NCBI GenBank assembly: GCA_002269645.1
Contig: NIVC01003204.1
Location: 1 to 44,290 of the forward strand
Length of the DNA stretch: 44,290 nt
Direction: 5' to 3'
Origin: Macrostomum lignano
Lineage: Eukaryota
Shown: piece by piece, positions 1 through 11,800 of the stretch
Position numbering within the stretch: the stretch's first letter is position 1
Layout of the letters: each line of letters opens with the position of its first letter
Position numbers and translations under genes: made by a program
Notes under the pieces: model-generated
Told to the model about the DNA's origin: nothing
Databases searched by the model: none
What the model saw: only the letters and a program-made list of their open reading frames with translations

Positions 1-85
1 AGCGGTTTGGAGTCCATAGCGATTCAAAATTGTCCACACACAGACAGACAGACAGACAGAGTTTTGATTTTTATAGGTAGAGATT
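1..85. repeat. (ACAG)n microsatellite, possibly the end of a Helitron/DINE-1-like non-autonomous element
   Basis: CACACACAGACAGACAGACAGACAGAG followed by TTTTGATTTTTATAGGTAGAGAT resembles the microsatellite-bearing ends of such elements. It is cut by the window edge. Confidence 0.35.
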
Positions 86-389
86 TTTATTTCTTTTTTG
101 TTGGCCTCCCCAACGGGGGGGCGCAGACTGCTAGTCCAATATACTAAATAGGGTTGCTTATGGGTATGCAATTTATTCTAGCAAAACAGCTAACTAAAAT
201 ACGTATGAGCCATGTCAGAAAGTCAGAGGCTGCCAATATAATCTCATATGAATTCTACCGTAAAGTGCAAGTAGGTTTGAAGCGCAAACGACAATAAAAC
301 TGTAGCACTCTGAGTACTGCAGAGATCCGCCTACATTTTCCATTATGTCGTTTTACTCGATAACCAATGGCAACCTGCAAACCCCACAG

Positions 390-3300
390 TCTGTTTGAGA
401 TCACCCAGTCCTCTACTGGTCAGCTACGGCCTGATAGATTTGAGCAACACCGACCTCGAGTACGAGCACTCGTTCACGGAGAATTCATTGGTAATGGTCG
501 GCTATTTAATGGACTGGTTGATTTATCATCATTTGACAACGTTGAGAGCCTCCTATCACTTTCATTTTCGCATCTGGCACCATAATTAATTAATAACGTT
601 TTCAGGGGGAAAGTAGTTAGGTAAAATCCATTAAAAATATCTTCTGACGCGTAAATGAATATATTTTAATTGTTTACTCTCACTCACAGTCCGAGAGTCA
701 GTCTCACCCGTCACTCTCACAGTCCGAGAGTCAGTCTCACCCGTCACTCTCACAGTCCGAGAGTCAGTCTCACCCGTCACTCTCACAGTCCGAGAGTCAG
801 TCTCACCCGTCACTCTCACAGTCCCGAGAGTCAGTCTCACCGTCACTCTCACAGTCCGAGAGTCAGTCTCACCCGTCACTCTCACAGTCCGAGAGTCAGT
901 CTCACCCGTCACTCTCACAGTCCGAGAGTCAGTCTCACCCGTCACTCTCACAGTCGAGAGTCAGTCTCACCCGTCACTCTCACAGTCGAGAGTCAGTCTC
1001 AGCCGTCACTCTCCAGCCGAGAGTCAGTCTCACCCGTCACTCTCACAGTCCGAGAGTCAGTCTCACCCGTCACTCTCACAGTCCGAGAGTCAGTCTCAGC
1101 CGTCACTCTCACAGTCGAGAGTCAGTCTCAGCCGTCACTCTCACAGTCCGAGAGTCAGTCTCACCCGTCACTCTCACAGTCCGAGAGTCAGTCTCAGCCG
1201 TCACTCTCACAGTCCGAGAGTCAAGTCTCAGCCGTCACTCTCCCAGCCCGAGAGTCAGTCTCACCCGTCACTCTCACAGTCCGAGAGTCAGTCTCACCCG
1301 TCACTCTCACAGTCCGAGAGTCAGTCTCACCGTCACTCTCACAGTCCGAGAGTCAGTCTCAGCCGTCACTCTCCCAGCCGAGAGTCAGTCTCACCCGTCA
1401 CTCTCACAGTCCGAGAGTCAGTCTCACCCGTCACTCTCACAGTCCGAGAGTCAGTCTCAGCCGTCACTCTCCCAGCCCGAGAGTCAGTCTCACCCGTCAC
1501 TCTCACAGTCCGAGAGTCAGTCTCACCCATCACTCTCCAAGCCGAGAAGCAGTCTCAGCCGTCACTCTTCCCAGCAGCCCGAGAGCCAGTCTCAGCCGTC
1601 ACTCTCCCGCAGGCAAGCTCATGTACGGCGCCTTCTCTGCAATAACATTCATCGTCCTGCTCAACATGTTGATTGCCATGATGAACTGCAGCTTTGAAGA
1701 GATTGTGGTACGTTTCTAATATTCAGTGCCTGCTACTCAAAGTAGAGGCGGCGATATAAAATAAAAAACTGATTTTTCACATCTGCAGGCCCAGGCAGAC
1801 ACGGAGTGGAAGTTCGCCCGCGGCAAGCTGTGGATCAGCTACTTTGACGAAGGCGGCACCCTGCCGACGCCATTCAACATCATCCCGAGCCCGAAGTCTT
1901 TCCTGTACGCGATGGCCTGGCTCAAGGATAAGGTCTGCTCCTGCTCTAAGCGGCACCAGCGCAGCAAGTGGCAGAGCATCCGGGTAAGACTGCGCAAGAT
2001 TTTATCTAAGTGAATTTTGTATCATGTTTGCAATTGAGAAGTGGCTTATCTCTCCTGTTGCAAAAGTGGTGAAGAAAGTAAACGAGAAGGAGGCTCGGTA
2101 CCAGGTGAAGAAGCCTGTTTGCTTGTTGATGTCGACCCACATTAAAACTAAACGGAAATCCTAACCCTAACCCTCAGTCGGTGATGCGCGACCTTATCAA
2201 GCGCTACTTGATGGTCCGTCAGAAGTCGGACGACAAGCAGGGCGTCACAGAGGATGACTTGAACGAGATCAAAGGCGACATATCGGCGTTTCGCTTCGAA
2301 TTGTTGGAGATTTTCCGAACCAACGGCATGCGAACGCCCGCCCACATGCAGCAGCGGTCCAGTAAGGGGTCGGGCTGACCGTAGCGCTGGGAAACAAAGT
2401 GGCTGGCTAGAGTAAAAGAGAAACGGAACATAAATCAGTCCACGTGCAAAGCATATCAATAATTTCCTGACCCGATTCCACTAGTACAAAAAGCCACTTT
2501 AGGAAATCTATCTCAGTCAACATTTAAGCTCAGGAAACATGTATGTAGCTTAGGGAACATGCAGCTTAGGGAACATGCAGCTTAGGAACATGCAGCTTAG
2601 GGAACATGCAGCTTAGGGAACATGCAGCTTAGGGAACATGCAGCTTAGGCATGCAGCTTAGGGAACATGCAGCTTAGGGAACATGCAGCTTAGGGAACAT
2701 GCAGCTTAGGGAACATGTAGCTTAGGGAACATGCAGCTTAGGGAACATGCAGCTTAGGGAACATGTAGCTTAGGAACATGTAGCTTAGGGAACATGTAGC
2801 TTAGGGAACATGTAGCTTAGGGAACATGCAGCTTAGGGAACATGCAGCTTAGGGAGCACTGGCCAAAGTATTTGTGCAGGTGTGCGCTCTCGTGCGGGAT
2901 GGGATGAAATTACCCCGTCGGTTGAAAAAAATCTCACCATGGCGACTCTTCCCAGCCAAGCTGCGGCGCCGCGGCAGCAAGCGGTCGATGCAGAGCCGGC
3001 GCTACGGCCGATTCCCCGGCGGCGAAGACCAGCAGCAGCAGCAGCAGGAGGGTGGCAGCATTGGCCGGTTCGACACCATCAGCGAGGAGGAATCAGACAG
3101 TCTCAACGGCAGCGTCAACGGCTGGCCGCTGGCCGGTCGGCAGGCCGGCGCCAGGACGCCGACGACTCCGCCGCGACGCCGGCTACCGCCGCTGAGCTCG
3201 CAGGACAGCTCGGAGAGCTTCCAGTCCAGCGGGGCCCAGGCCAGCCCGCCGGAGCGGCGACAACAGCAGCAGCAGGCGGAGCTGGCCCTGGACCCGGCCC

Positions 3301-3605
3301 AGCTGCCCGGCTACCAGCGGTCCGGCACCGCCAACTCCGACACCGCCGCCGCCAACGCCGCCGCGGCCGCGTTCACCAAGAAGACAATCGGCGCCGTCAA
3401 GAAGGTGTCATTCAACTGGAACCAGGAGGACGACAACGAGCAGGAGCGGCAGAGATCTGCCGAAGGTGACGGCGGCTCTGTTTACGTGTACGACGGGTCA
3501 CCGGAAGCTTCAACACCTCAGCCGCAGCCGCCGCATCCGACAAGAGAGCAGCCGCAGGCGCCGCCGCAGCGAGCTCGGGGCGAGCGGCGCAGCGATCTGG
3601 TCTGA
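390..3605 (+). CDS. TRPC: TRPC/TRP-gamma-type cation channel, 3' part (pore loop, S6, TRP box, C-terminal coiled coil and tail); 5' exons lie upstream of the window
   Basis: Exons read by hand: 390-490 (LFEITQS-LYWS-YGLIDL...HSFTE-FIG, pore helix, with indels); 1613-1707 ([32 protein letters not shown]6); 1789-1983 ([40 protein letters not shown] box EWKFAR); 2063-2104 (acceptor lacks its G); 2178-~2361 (VMRDLIKRY...[22 protein letters not shown]); last exon ~2880-3605 (low complexity, frame of the junction unresolved). The motifs match recalled TRPC4/5 and TRP-gamma sequences. Confidence 0.9.
676..1610. repeat. 33-bp minisatellite (~28 copies) in a TRPC intron
   Basis: Unit CACAGTCCGAGAGTCAGTCTCACCCGTCACTCT, which gives the [11 protein letters not shown] periodicity in the ORF track. 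Confidence 0.95.
2537..2855. repeat. 16-bp minisatellite (~20 copies) containing TTAGGG, in a TRPC intron
   Basis: Unit CATGCAGCTTAGGGAA, with CATGTAG variants. Confidence 0.95.
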
Positions 3606-5101
3606 GCTGTCCCCTGGGTCCGAGCTCAACTCGTAAGTTCGCATTCCAAAGAATCGGATCAAAGTGTCATGCTTAGAGTTTTGCTGGATAAATATGGCAA
3701 ATCTAACTGCGTTTTCATTGGTTCACAGCCTTTGTCTATGGTAAAATCTGGCGTCTCTTCGCAAAATCCTACAGCAATTCGCAAGCAATCAATATGCCTA
3801 GACAATGAGGCAAAAAAACAAGTTACTAAAACAGTTTACAAGTTGACTAATTTATAATCTCCTAGATGGTCTGTCACTAGCTAGCTTTTTGTATGCTCGT
3901 ATTCCATTGCACAATCTTTTAAACTTTCCTTTTTTCGCGTAATTCTTTTATCCACAGCAAAATGGTATTTTTCCACAGATTACTAAAAGTACAATTGGCG
4001 CACAATCTTACGCAATTTTTATGCAATTGATGCAACTTTATTTTCTGAGTAAAAATTCTAATTGAGAATCGTGACAGTTCCGCATTCAAATCTGATTGGT
4101 TAATTCGCCGCGTTTGCCCGACTGGTCCGGTTTTTCCTCCGGGTGAACTACTTATTTACTGACTGAATGCAAGTAGTATAAATTGCGTTTTTATCCTTGT
4201 ACGAGAAATCGGAATATTTTTTTATCTTTTTAAATTGAATTAAATTTAAATTAAATTTAGATTTCAGAATCGGAATTCGATAGCGCCGTTTCAGATCGTA
4301 AAGATTTGTTAATATTCTTGAAATTTACGACAACTGTTTTGCGGAGAACCCTAGCAACTGTACCAGCTGTTTTCTTAAATTGTTTTTATCAATTCTACAG
4401 AAAATGTTTTCTTCTTTGCAAATACTTTTTGCGAATTGAAGAATTTCTTTTTCGGAAATAAACGGAATGGATCTATTTTGCAAGCACCTCACTTAATTTA
4501 CCGGTTCTTATTTATTTTGACATTATTCTATCTACTATTAGTAGCTGGCCAATTTGAACTGAAATTGTCAGTCGATACGCGCATTTTTTCTACTATTAGT
4601 AGCTTTGGCTAATGAAATGTCGAATGACAGAGTTTAAAAAAATCAAAATACTATATATACTCGTAGAAATGTATACTTTTTTTAAAAGTGCGTTCAAAAA
4701 CAATAGAGATAAACGCAGAGTACATATTTTGAAATATTTTATTGAACTCTACGTGACTGGTGGTTCTCTGTCAGCGAAAATCGGTGCCACTCGATAAAAA
4801 TTTCGATTCAATTATATAAGCTAAAACCAACATGGTTCGAACCGTGTCAAAAAAGTGCAAAGAGAAATCAAAAAAGAGCGTCAAGTTCTTGTGGAAGGCT
4901 CACGGGTGAGTTGCCAAATTCCAAACGATATGTGCAACAAGAGTCAAGTGCAGGCGAGTTAAAGGAAAATCAATAGGTTTGCAGGAATGAAAACGCGCTA
5001 GGTATGGACGGATTTCAGTTTACAGGTAAATCTGTAATTGAGATCTGAGCAGAGACGGTGCACTTGATAATTAAAATATCATGATAATTCTGAGCCTAAA
5101 G

Positions 5102-5551
5102 CACAGATACTAGAATAACTAGATGGGCCACTCAGCACATTTGCGTGCAAGCTACTTTCAGTTCAGTAGTAAGTTAAACGGAAGCATTTTAATGTATTCT
5201 TAAAGCCTGGGTTCATTTATTGGCTCTTACCCCACAGCTTAAGCCCTCCAACCGCGCCTTCCCACCCTACCCCCCCCGCCCCACCCCAATTTTTATTGCT
5301 TTCTCGGAATTCCAGCCTAAAGCTGCCATGTACATTTCAGTGGACTGGCTAATGTACATTATTGCTGAACAATAAAGCAAGCTGTTTACCGCCTGCAAGC
5401 TTTGGGCTTCTAAACTTATCAAATTCGTTTCAGCTGGCTTTTTTATAAATAGCTTATGTATTCTTCTTTGCTACTGAACTGAAAGTAGAAAGCTGATTTA
5501 CTAAGTATTTATGCCTGAATAGTGGCCCATCTAGTTATTCTTGTATCTGTG
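5102..5551. mobile_element. 450-bp MITE (non-autonomous DNA transposon, hAT- or P-like)
   Basis: 31-bp TIR CACAGATACTAGAATAACTAGATGGGCCACT with one mismatch on the right copy. A second inverted block CTACTTTCAGTTCAGTAG/CTACTGAACTGAAAGTAG lies subterminally. Exact 8-bp TSD GCCTAAAG at 5094-5101 and 5552-5559. Confidence 0.85.
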
Positions 5552-5835
5552 GCCTAAAGTGACAAACCAACTAGCGGCAAGCTGTACAAAACTTCATCAC
5601 ACATTTTAAAAAATGACTTTATAAACGATGATTTCCTAGTCTCTGAAGACAGGCCACTTGCAACCAGCAATGCAAACTCGAATGCGAAATTAAGACGCGT
5701 AACTCCTCTGCAATGAAGCGGCACAGATACTGATCACAGATCGCAGCAAAAACAATTATTGATAAACAGACGATGCACTTCTCTTCAGGCCACAATGCCA
5801 GCTGCTGGCCCAGCAACTCCCCCCTCCCCAACCGG

Positions 5836-8800
5836 TCAGTCCGGCCGGTTTGGCGGCCTGGCGAGCGGCACGCTGGCCTTCCGCCTTAGCTGGAAGCGGC
5901 TGACTGCCGCGATCGGCCCCGACAGAGACGTCGACGACGATGAACCGGCAGCGCCGCCACCGCCGCGTCCGTTGGGCTTCAGGCAGCCGATGGAGGCACT
6001 GCGCCGGACTGGCACTGACTCGGCCTGCAGGCAGCTCCTCAGCTGGGCAACCTTGGACTCCTCCAGATCCGCCGCCGTGACCAACAGCACACTGGCCGAG
6101 CTGCCAACTCCAACTGAAGGCCGGTTGCGCAATGGCGGCACGGAGGACAGCAGGGCCTGCTGGCGAGGTGAGAACAGCGATGGCTGCTGCTGCTGCTCCA
6201 GACTGCCTGGCAGTACCGGCTGCTGTTGCTGCTGCTGAGTCTGAGCTGGAGTTGGCTGCTGTTGCGGCTGAGCAGCCTGGGAGGGAGGGGGAGATGCCGC
6301 CGCTGCCGCGGCCGCCGCTGCCGCGGCCGCCGCTGCCGCGGCCGCCGCCGTGGCTTTATTCGTTGTTGAGCGCCGCTGCTGCTGGTTAGTCGGCGGTGGA
6401 GGCGCCGCACGACGCAGCGGAGCTCGACGCACCGCGCCAGCGGCAGTTGTAGAAGACGTTGCCGACGACGATGTCGAAGGTGTCGTCTGCTGCTGCTGCT
6501 GCTGCTGAGAGCGGCTCCGAAAGTGCTGCTGCTGCTGCTGTCGGAGGCTGGGCCCGCTGCTGCCAGCCGAGCTGGCTAGAAAAGTCTTCACAGCGCGAGG
6601 CCCGCCGCGCAGCGAGGCCAGGTAGCGCCGGGTCCAGTCGCGCAGGGCGGCTAAACTGGATTTGCTGAGCCGGCTAACAGGATTCGACTGCACGTGGTCC
6701 AGCGCGGCCACCGCCATCGCCCGGCCGACCTCCTGGTAGTGAGCCGGCGCGTACTTCGGCGGCGGGCCGGGCGGAGGCGGCGGCGTCAGTCGGGGATCCT
6801 GGAAAGATTCGATTTGTTGCGGTTTTATCAACTGCATGCACAATTCATGTCAAGGGAATATGTACACTCTGGTGGCAGATTCATATGTACCTGAGGTCCG
6901 CGAACTTTCTTATCTCAAAAGTCATATAAAGAATCCAGCTTGTGGGGCTGCGGGCCAGATGAGTGAGGAGAGAGGAGAGGAGAAAGAAGAGAGAGCAGAT
7001 TGGAAAAGAGAGAGAGAGACAAGCGAGGGGGGAAGAGAGAAGAGAGAAGGGAGAGAAGGGAGAGTAGAGAAAAAGAGAGGAGAAAAGAGAAGAGAGAGAG
7101 AGAGAGAAAAGAGTGGAGAGAGAAGAGAGAGAAAAGAGAGGAGAGAGAAGAGAGAGAAAAAGAGGGAGAGAATGGAGAGACGGAAGAGACAGGATAGAGA
7201 GGAGAGAGACAAGAGAGGAAAGAAGGGAGAGAGATGAGAGAGAAGCGAGAGAGGAGAGAGAGGGAGGAATGGAGAGAGGAGAGGAGAGAGGGAGGAAAGG
7301 AGAGAGAGGAGAGAGGGAGGAAAGGAGAGAGGAGAGGAGAGAGGGAGGAAAGGAGAGAGGAGAGGAGAGAGGGAGGAAAGGAGAGAGAGGAGAGAGGGAG
7401 GAAAGGAGAGAGAGGAGAGAGGGAGGAAAGGAGAGAGAGGAGAGATGAGAGAAGGGAGAGGAGAGAGAGGGAGGAAAGGAGAGAGAGGAGAGATGAGAGA
7501 AGGGAGAGAGAGAGAGAGGGAGGGAAGATAGAGGAGAGAGAGGCGAGACGATAAAGAGGCTTCGCGGCCGAAGTTTCCCGAACCCTGATATATACAGATT
7601 CAGTAAGCAGAGGGGCATGGGCACTCTGTATGACTGCTTGCCTCTTCAATGGCGGTGGGTCAATCGTCGCCTTTATTTGCAACAGTGCCCACAGCCCCCT
7701 GCGAACCCACTAACAAAATAAGCAGAGAGCAGAAATCAGGGGGGGGGGGGATCGCAGTGCCTCACCTGATGCATAGGCAGGTGATTGACGCATCTGCCGC
7801 TATTGTAGTTGCACTCCAGCGTGTAGCTGTGCACCAGGCCCAGGTGCTTCCAAATGGCCACCCGGCCAGCGCCAGCTTTTGACAGTCCGTCCGCTTGTCC
7901 CGCAGGTACATGTTGCGCACGGTGAAGTTGCAGGCTGAATATTCGAAATAGGCAGAATTGGCAGCGATGAGGCGCGGGTATAACAAGTTCTCCATCATTG
8001 CTGAGTCCGGCTCGACGTTGTTGCCATAGACAAAGCAGCCGCGCTTTGAGCAGTGGCCGTGCAGGTCAATATAGTAGGCGATGCCGCTGTCCGATGGAGG
8101 AACCTCGAGCAGGCGCGGATCGCACAGGTGCGGACAGGTCGGGTTGCCGGGGTCAAAGGAGCCCGGACCGCCGGGAACCTGAGAAGGATGCACGCACGGA
8201 GCTGAGCTAGGGCTGCTGCCACAGTGGTTTGTTTAGCCTATGGCTTCAGACCATATTAAACATAGTCTATAACTGCATTGTCTATGGCCTGTCATCCCTA
8301 CATTGTCTATGGCCTGCGACCCCATTGTCTATAGCCTGTCACCACCCTAGTGTCCATTGCCTGTCATCACCCCTAGTGTCCATTGCCTGTCATCACCCCT
8401 AGTGTCCATTTCCTGTCACCAACCACCCCTAGTGTCCATTGCCTGTCACCACCCCTAGTGTCCATTGCCTGTCACCACCCCTAGTGTCCATTGCCTGTCA
8501 CCACCCCTAGTGTCCATTGCCTGCCACCACCCCTAGTGTCCATTGCCTGTCACCACCCCTAGTGTCCATTGCCTGTCACCAACCACCCCTAGTGTCCATT
8601 GCCTGTCACCAACCACCCCTAGTGTCCATTGCCTGTCACCAACCACCCCTAGTGTCCATTGCCTGTCACCAACCACCCCTAGTGTCCATTGCCTGTCACC
8701 AGCCACCCTAGTGTCCATTGCCTGTCACCAACCACCCCTAGTGTCCATTGCCTGTCACCAACCACCCCTAGTGTCCATTGCCTGTCACCACCACCCTAGT

Positions 8801-11800
8801 GTCCATTGCCTGTCACCAACCACCCCTAGTGTCCATTGCCTGTCACCAGCCACCCCTAGTGTCCATTGCCTGTCACCAACCACCCCTAGTGTCCATTGCC
8901 TGTCGCACAACAGTCTATGGCCTGTCCCCATCCCATTGTCTATGGCCTGTCACCACCACATTGTCTATAGCCTGTCCCCACCCGATTGTCTATGGCCTGT
9001 CACCACCCGATTGTCTATGGCCTGTCACCACCCGATTGTCTATGGCCTGTCCCCACCACATTTTCTATGCCCTGCCACTCCATTGTCTATGGCCTGTCAC
9101 CACCACATTACCTATTGTCTGTCACCAACCCATTGTCTATAGCCTATCACTTCATTGTCTCTTACCCTATACTCATAAAACGGATTCTCGAACACTCACT
9201 GGGTCATCTCCATCGGAATCGGAACCCTCGTTTCCCGGCCGGAAATCAGACTGTTTTTTTATGGGAAGCGGCGACTTGCGTATCGGTGAATCGGCAGCGG
9301 CCATCTGAGGCGAGCCCTCGCGTAGCAGGACGTTCTCGCCTTTGGTCTCGTCGAATACTAGGGACATGACTCGATTGCGAGACTGTGGGATTTCAGTTGG
9401 ATCCTTGGTTTACTTTTTGTTGTTGCGAGAGGCAAAAAATTAGATGTGCTCAAATGTATGCAGGTATGATGTGGTTTAGGCATGCCGTACATATGAGCGA
9501 CTTCATTCCGAGCTCTATTAGCCAGTAAACGGTTGTTCGGTAGGCGCTTAATTAGCGCGGCCTATTCAGTAAGCGCACGATTATTTATCTCCGCGCCTTT
9601 GAAATGCCAACCCGTATACAGTAAAAGTACATCAGACTAATCCCAACCAAGTGACCTCACTCGAATGTTTCTCTCAGCGTCCTCCGTGTCGCCGGAAACT
9701 AATTCTGGCGCCGACTCGGCCGATGCCGATTTTGCACAGGAATTCTCGGCCGCCGTTCTGTCCGGGACGGGTACGGAGGCTGCGGAGGCGGCCGAGGTCC
9801 TAGCAGGCGCAGCCTGTTTCCGATTGGCCCGATGGTGATAAACCAGCACGCTCTTGACAGCGTAGATTGTGGGGTAGAGCTGCGGGTCGGGGTCCAGGTA
9901 GAATCTGTTCAGATTGACACCACGGCTGTCGGTGCGATAGTGACCCGGGTGACCCCGTCCGGGTTGAGCATGGGGATGAGCTTGAACACGAACAGGCGGC
10001 GCAGCTGGCGGGCTCGGGCGTCGGCTTCGCGAAGGATGAATTCTAGGAAACCGTTGAACACGAAGCTGGCCGGAGTCTCGCCGGGGTGCACCCGGCTGCT
10101 GACTAGGAAGACTCGCTTGCCGGGGAAGGCGCGCGGCCGCGGGTTGCTGCGCTCCAGAAAGAGGCGTTCGTCGAAGCGGTCCTCCTCCTGCGGCGAAGGC
10201 GGTAACGGAGTGGATTGCGAACGGTCAGAGGCGGCGTTGGGATCAGAAAAGAATCGGGACTGCAGGATCGGGACTGCAGAATCGGGACTGAAGGATCGGG
10301 ACTGAAGGATTGGGACTGAAGGATCGGGACTGCAGGATCGGGACTGCAGAATCGGGACGTCAGAATCGGGACTGAAGAATCGGGACTGAAGGATCGGGAC
10401 TGAAGGATTGGGACTGAAGGATCGGGACTGCAGGATCGGGACTGCAGAATCGGGACGTCAGAATCGGGACTGAAGAATCGGGACTGAAGGATCGGGACTG
10501 AAGGATTGGGACTGAAGGATCGGGACTGAAGGATCGGGACTGAAGGATTGGGACTGAAGGATCGGGACTGCAGGATCGGGACTGCAGGATCGGGACTGAA
10601 GGATCGGGACTGAAGGATCCGGACTGAATGATCGGGACTGCAGGATCGGGACTGAAGGATCGGGACTGAAGGATCGGGACTGCAGGATCGGGACTGCAGG
10701 ATCGGGACTGAAGGATCGGGACTGAAGGATCCGGACTGAATGATCGGGACTGCAGGATCGGGACTGAAGGATCGGGACTGAAGGATCGGGACTGCAGGAT
10801 CGGGACTGCAGGATCGGGACTGCAGGATCGGGACTGCAGGATCGGGACTGCAGGATCGGGACTGAAGGATCGGGACTGAAGGATCCGGACTGAATGATCG
10901 GGACTGCAGGATCGGGACTGAAGGATCGGGACTGAAGGATCCGGACTGAATGATCGGGACTGCAGGATCGGGACTGCAGGATCGGGACTGCAGGATCGGG
11001 ACTGCAGGATCGGGACTGAAGGATCGGGACTGAAGGATCCGGACTGAATGATCGGGACTGCAGGATCGGGACTGAAGGATCGGGACTGAAGGATCGGGAC
11101 TGAAGGATCGGGACTGCAGGATCGGGACTGCAGGATCGGGACTGCAGGATCGGGACTGCAGGATCGGGACTGAAGGATCGGGACTGAAGGATTGGGACTG
11201 AAGGATCGGGACTGAAGGATCGGGACTGAAGGATTGGGACTGCAGGATCGGGACTGAAGGATCGGGACTGAAGGATCGGGACTGAAGGATCCGGACTGAA
11301 TGATCGGGACTGCAGGATCGGGACTGAAGGATCGGGACTGAAGAATCGGGACTGAAGGATCGGGACTGAATGATCGGGACTGCAGGATCGGGACCGCAGG
11401 ATCGGGACTGAAGGATCGGGACTGAAGGATCGGGACTGCAGGATCGGGACTGCAGGATCGGGACTGAATGATCGGGACTGCAGGATCGGGACTGAAGGAT
11501 CGGGACTGAAGGATCGGGACTGCAGGATCGGGACTGAATGATCGGGACTGCAGGATCGGGACTGCAGGATCGGGACTGCAGGATCGGGACTGCAGGATCG
11601 GGACTGCAGGATCGGGACTGCAGGATCGGGACTGCAGGATCGGGACTGCAGGATCGGGACCGCAGGATCGGGACTGAAGGATCGGGACTGAAGGATCGGG
11701 ACTGAAGGATCGGGACTAAAGGATCGGGACTGCAGGCAGAGATGGTTAGTGGATGCAGAGATCAAAAAGCAGTTGCCAGACAGGCAAGCCAGACCTGGTC

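Noticed and set aside
670-1612. 349-aa ORF 670-1719 and its antisense ORF
   Set aside because: These are translations of the 33-bp intronic array; only the last ~32 codons are the real TRPC exon.
6836-7682. E/R-rich and L/S-rich ORFs
   Set aside because: These are artefacts of the GA/TC tract in AGBL5 intron 5.
10458-11765. 435-aa repetitive ORF
   Set aside because: It reads through a stop-free 14-bp array between valid AGBL5 splice sites.
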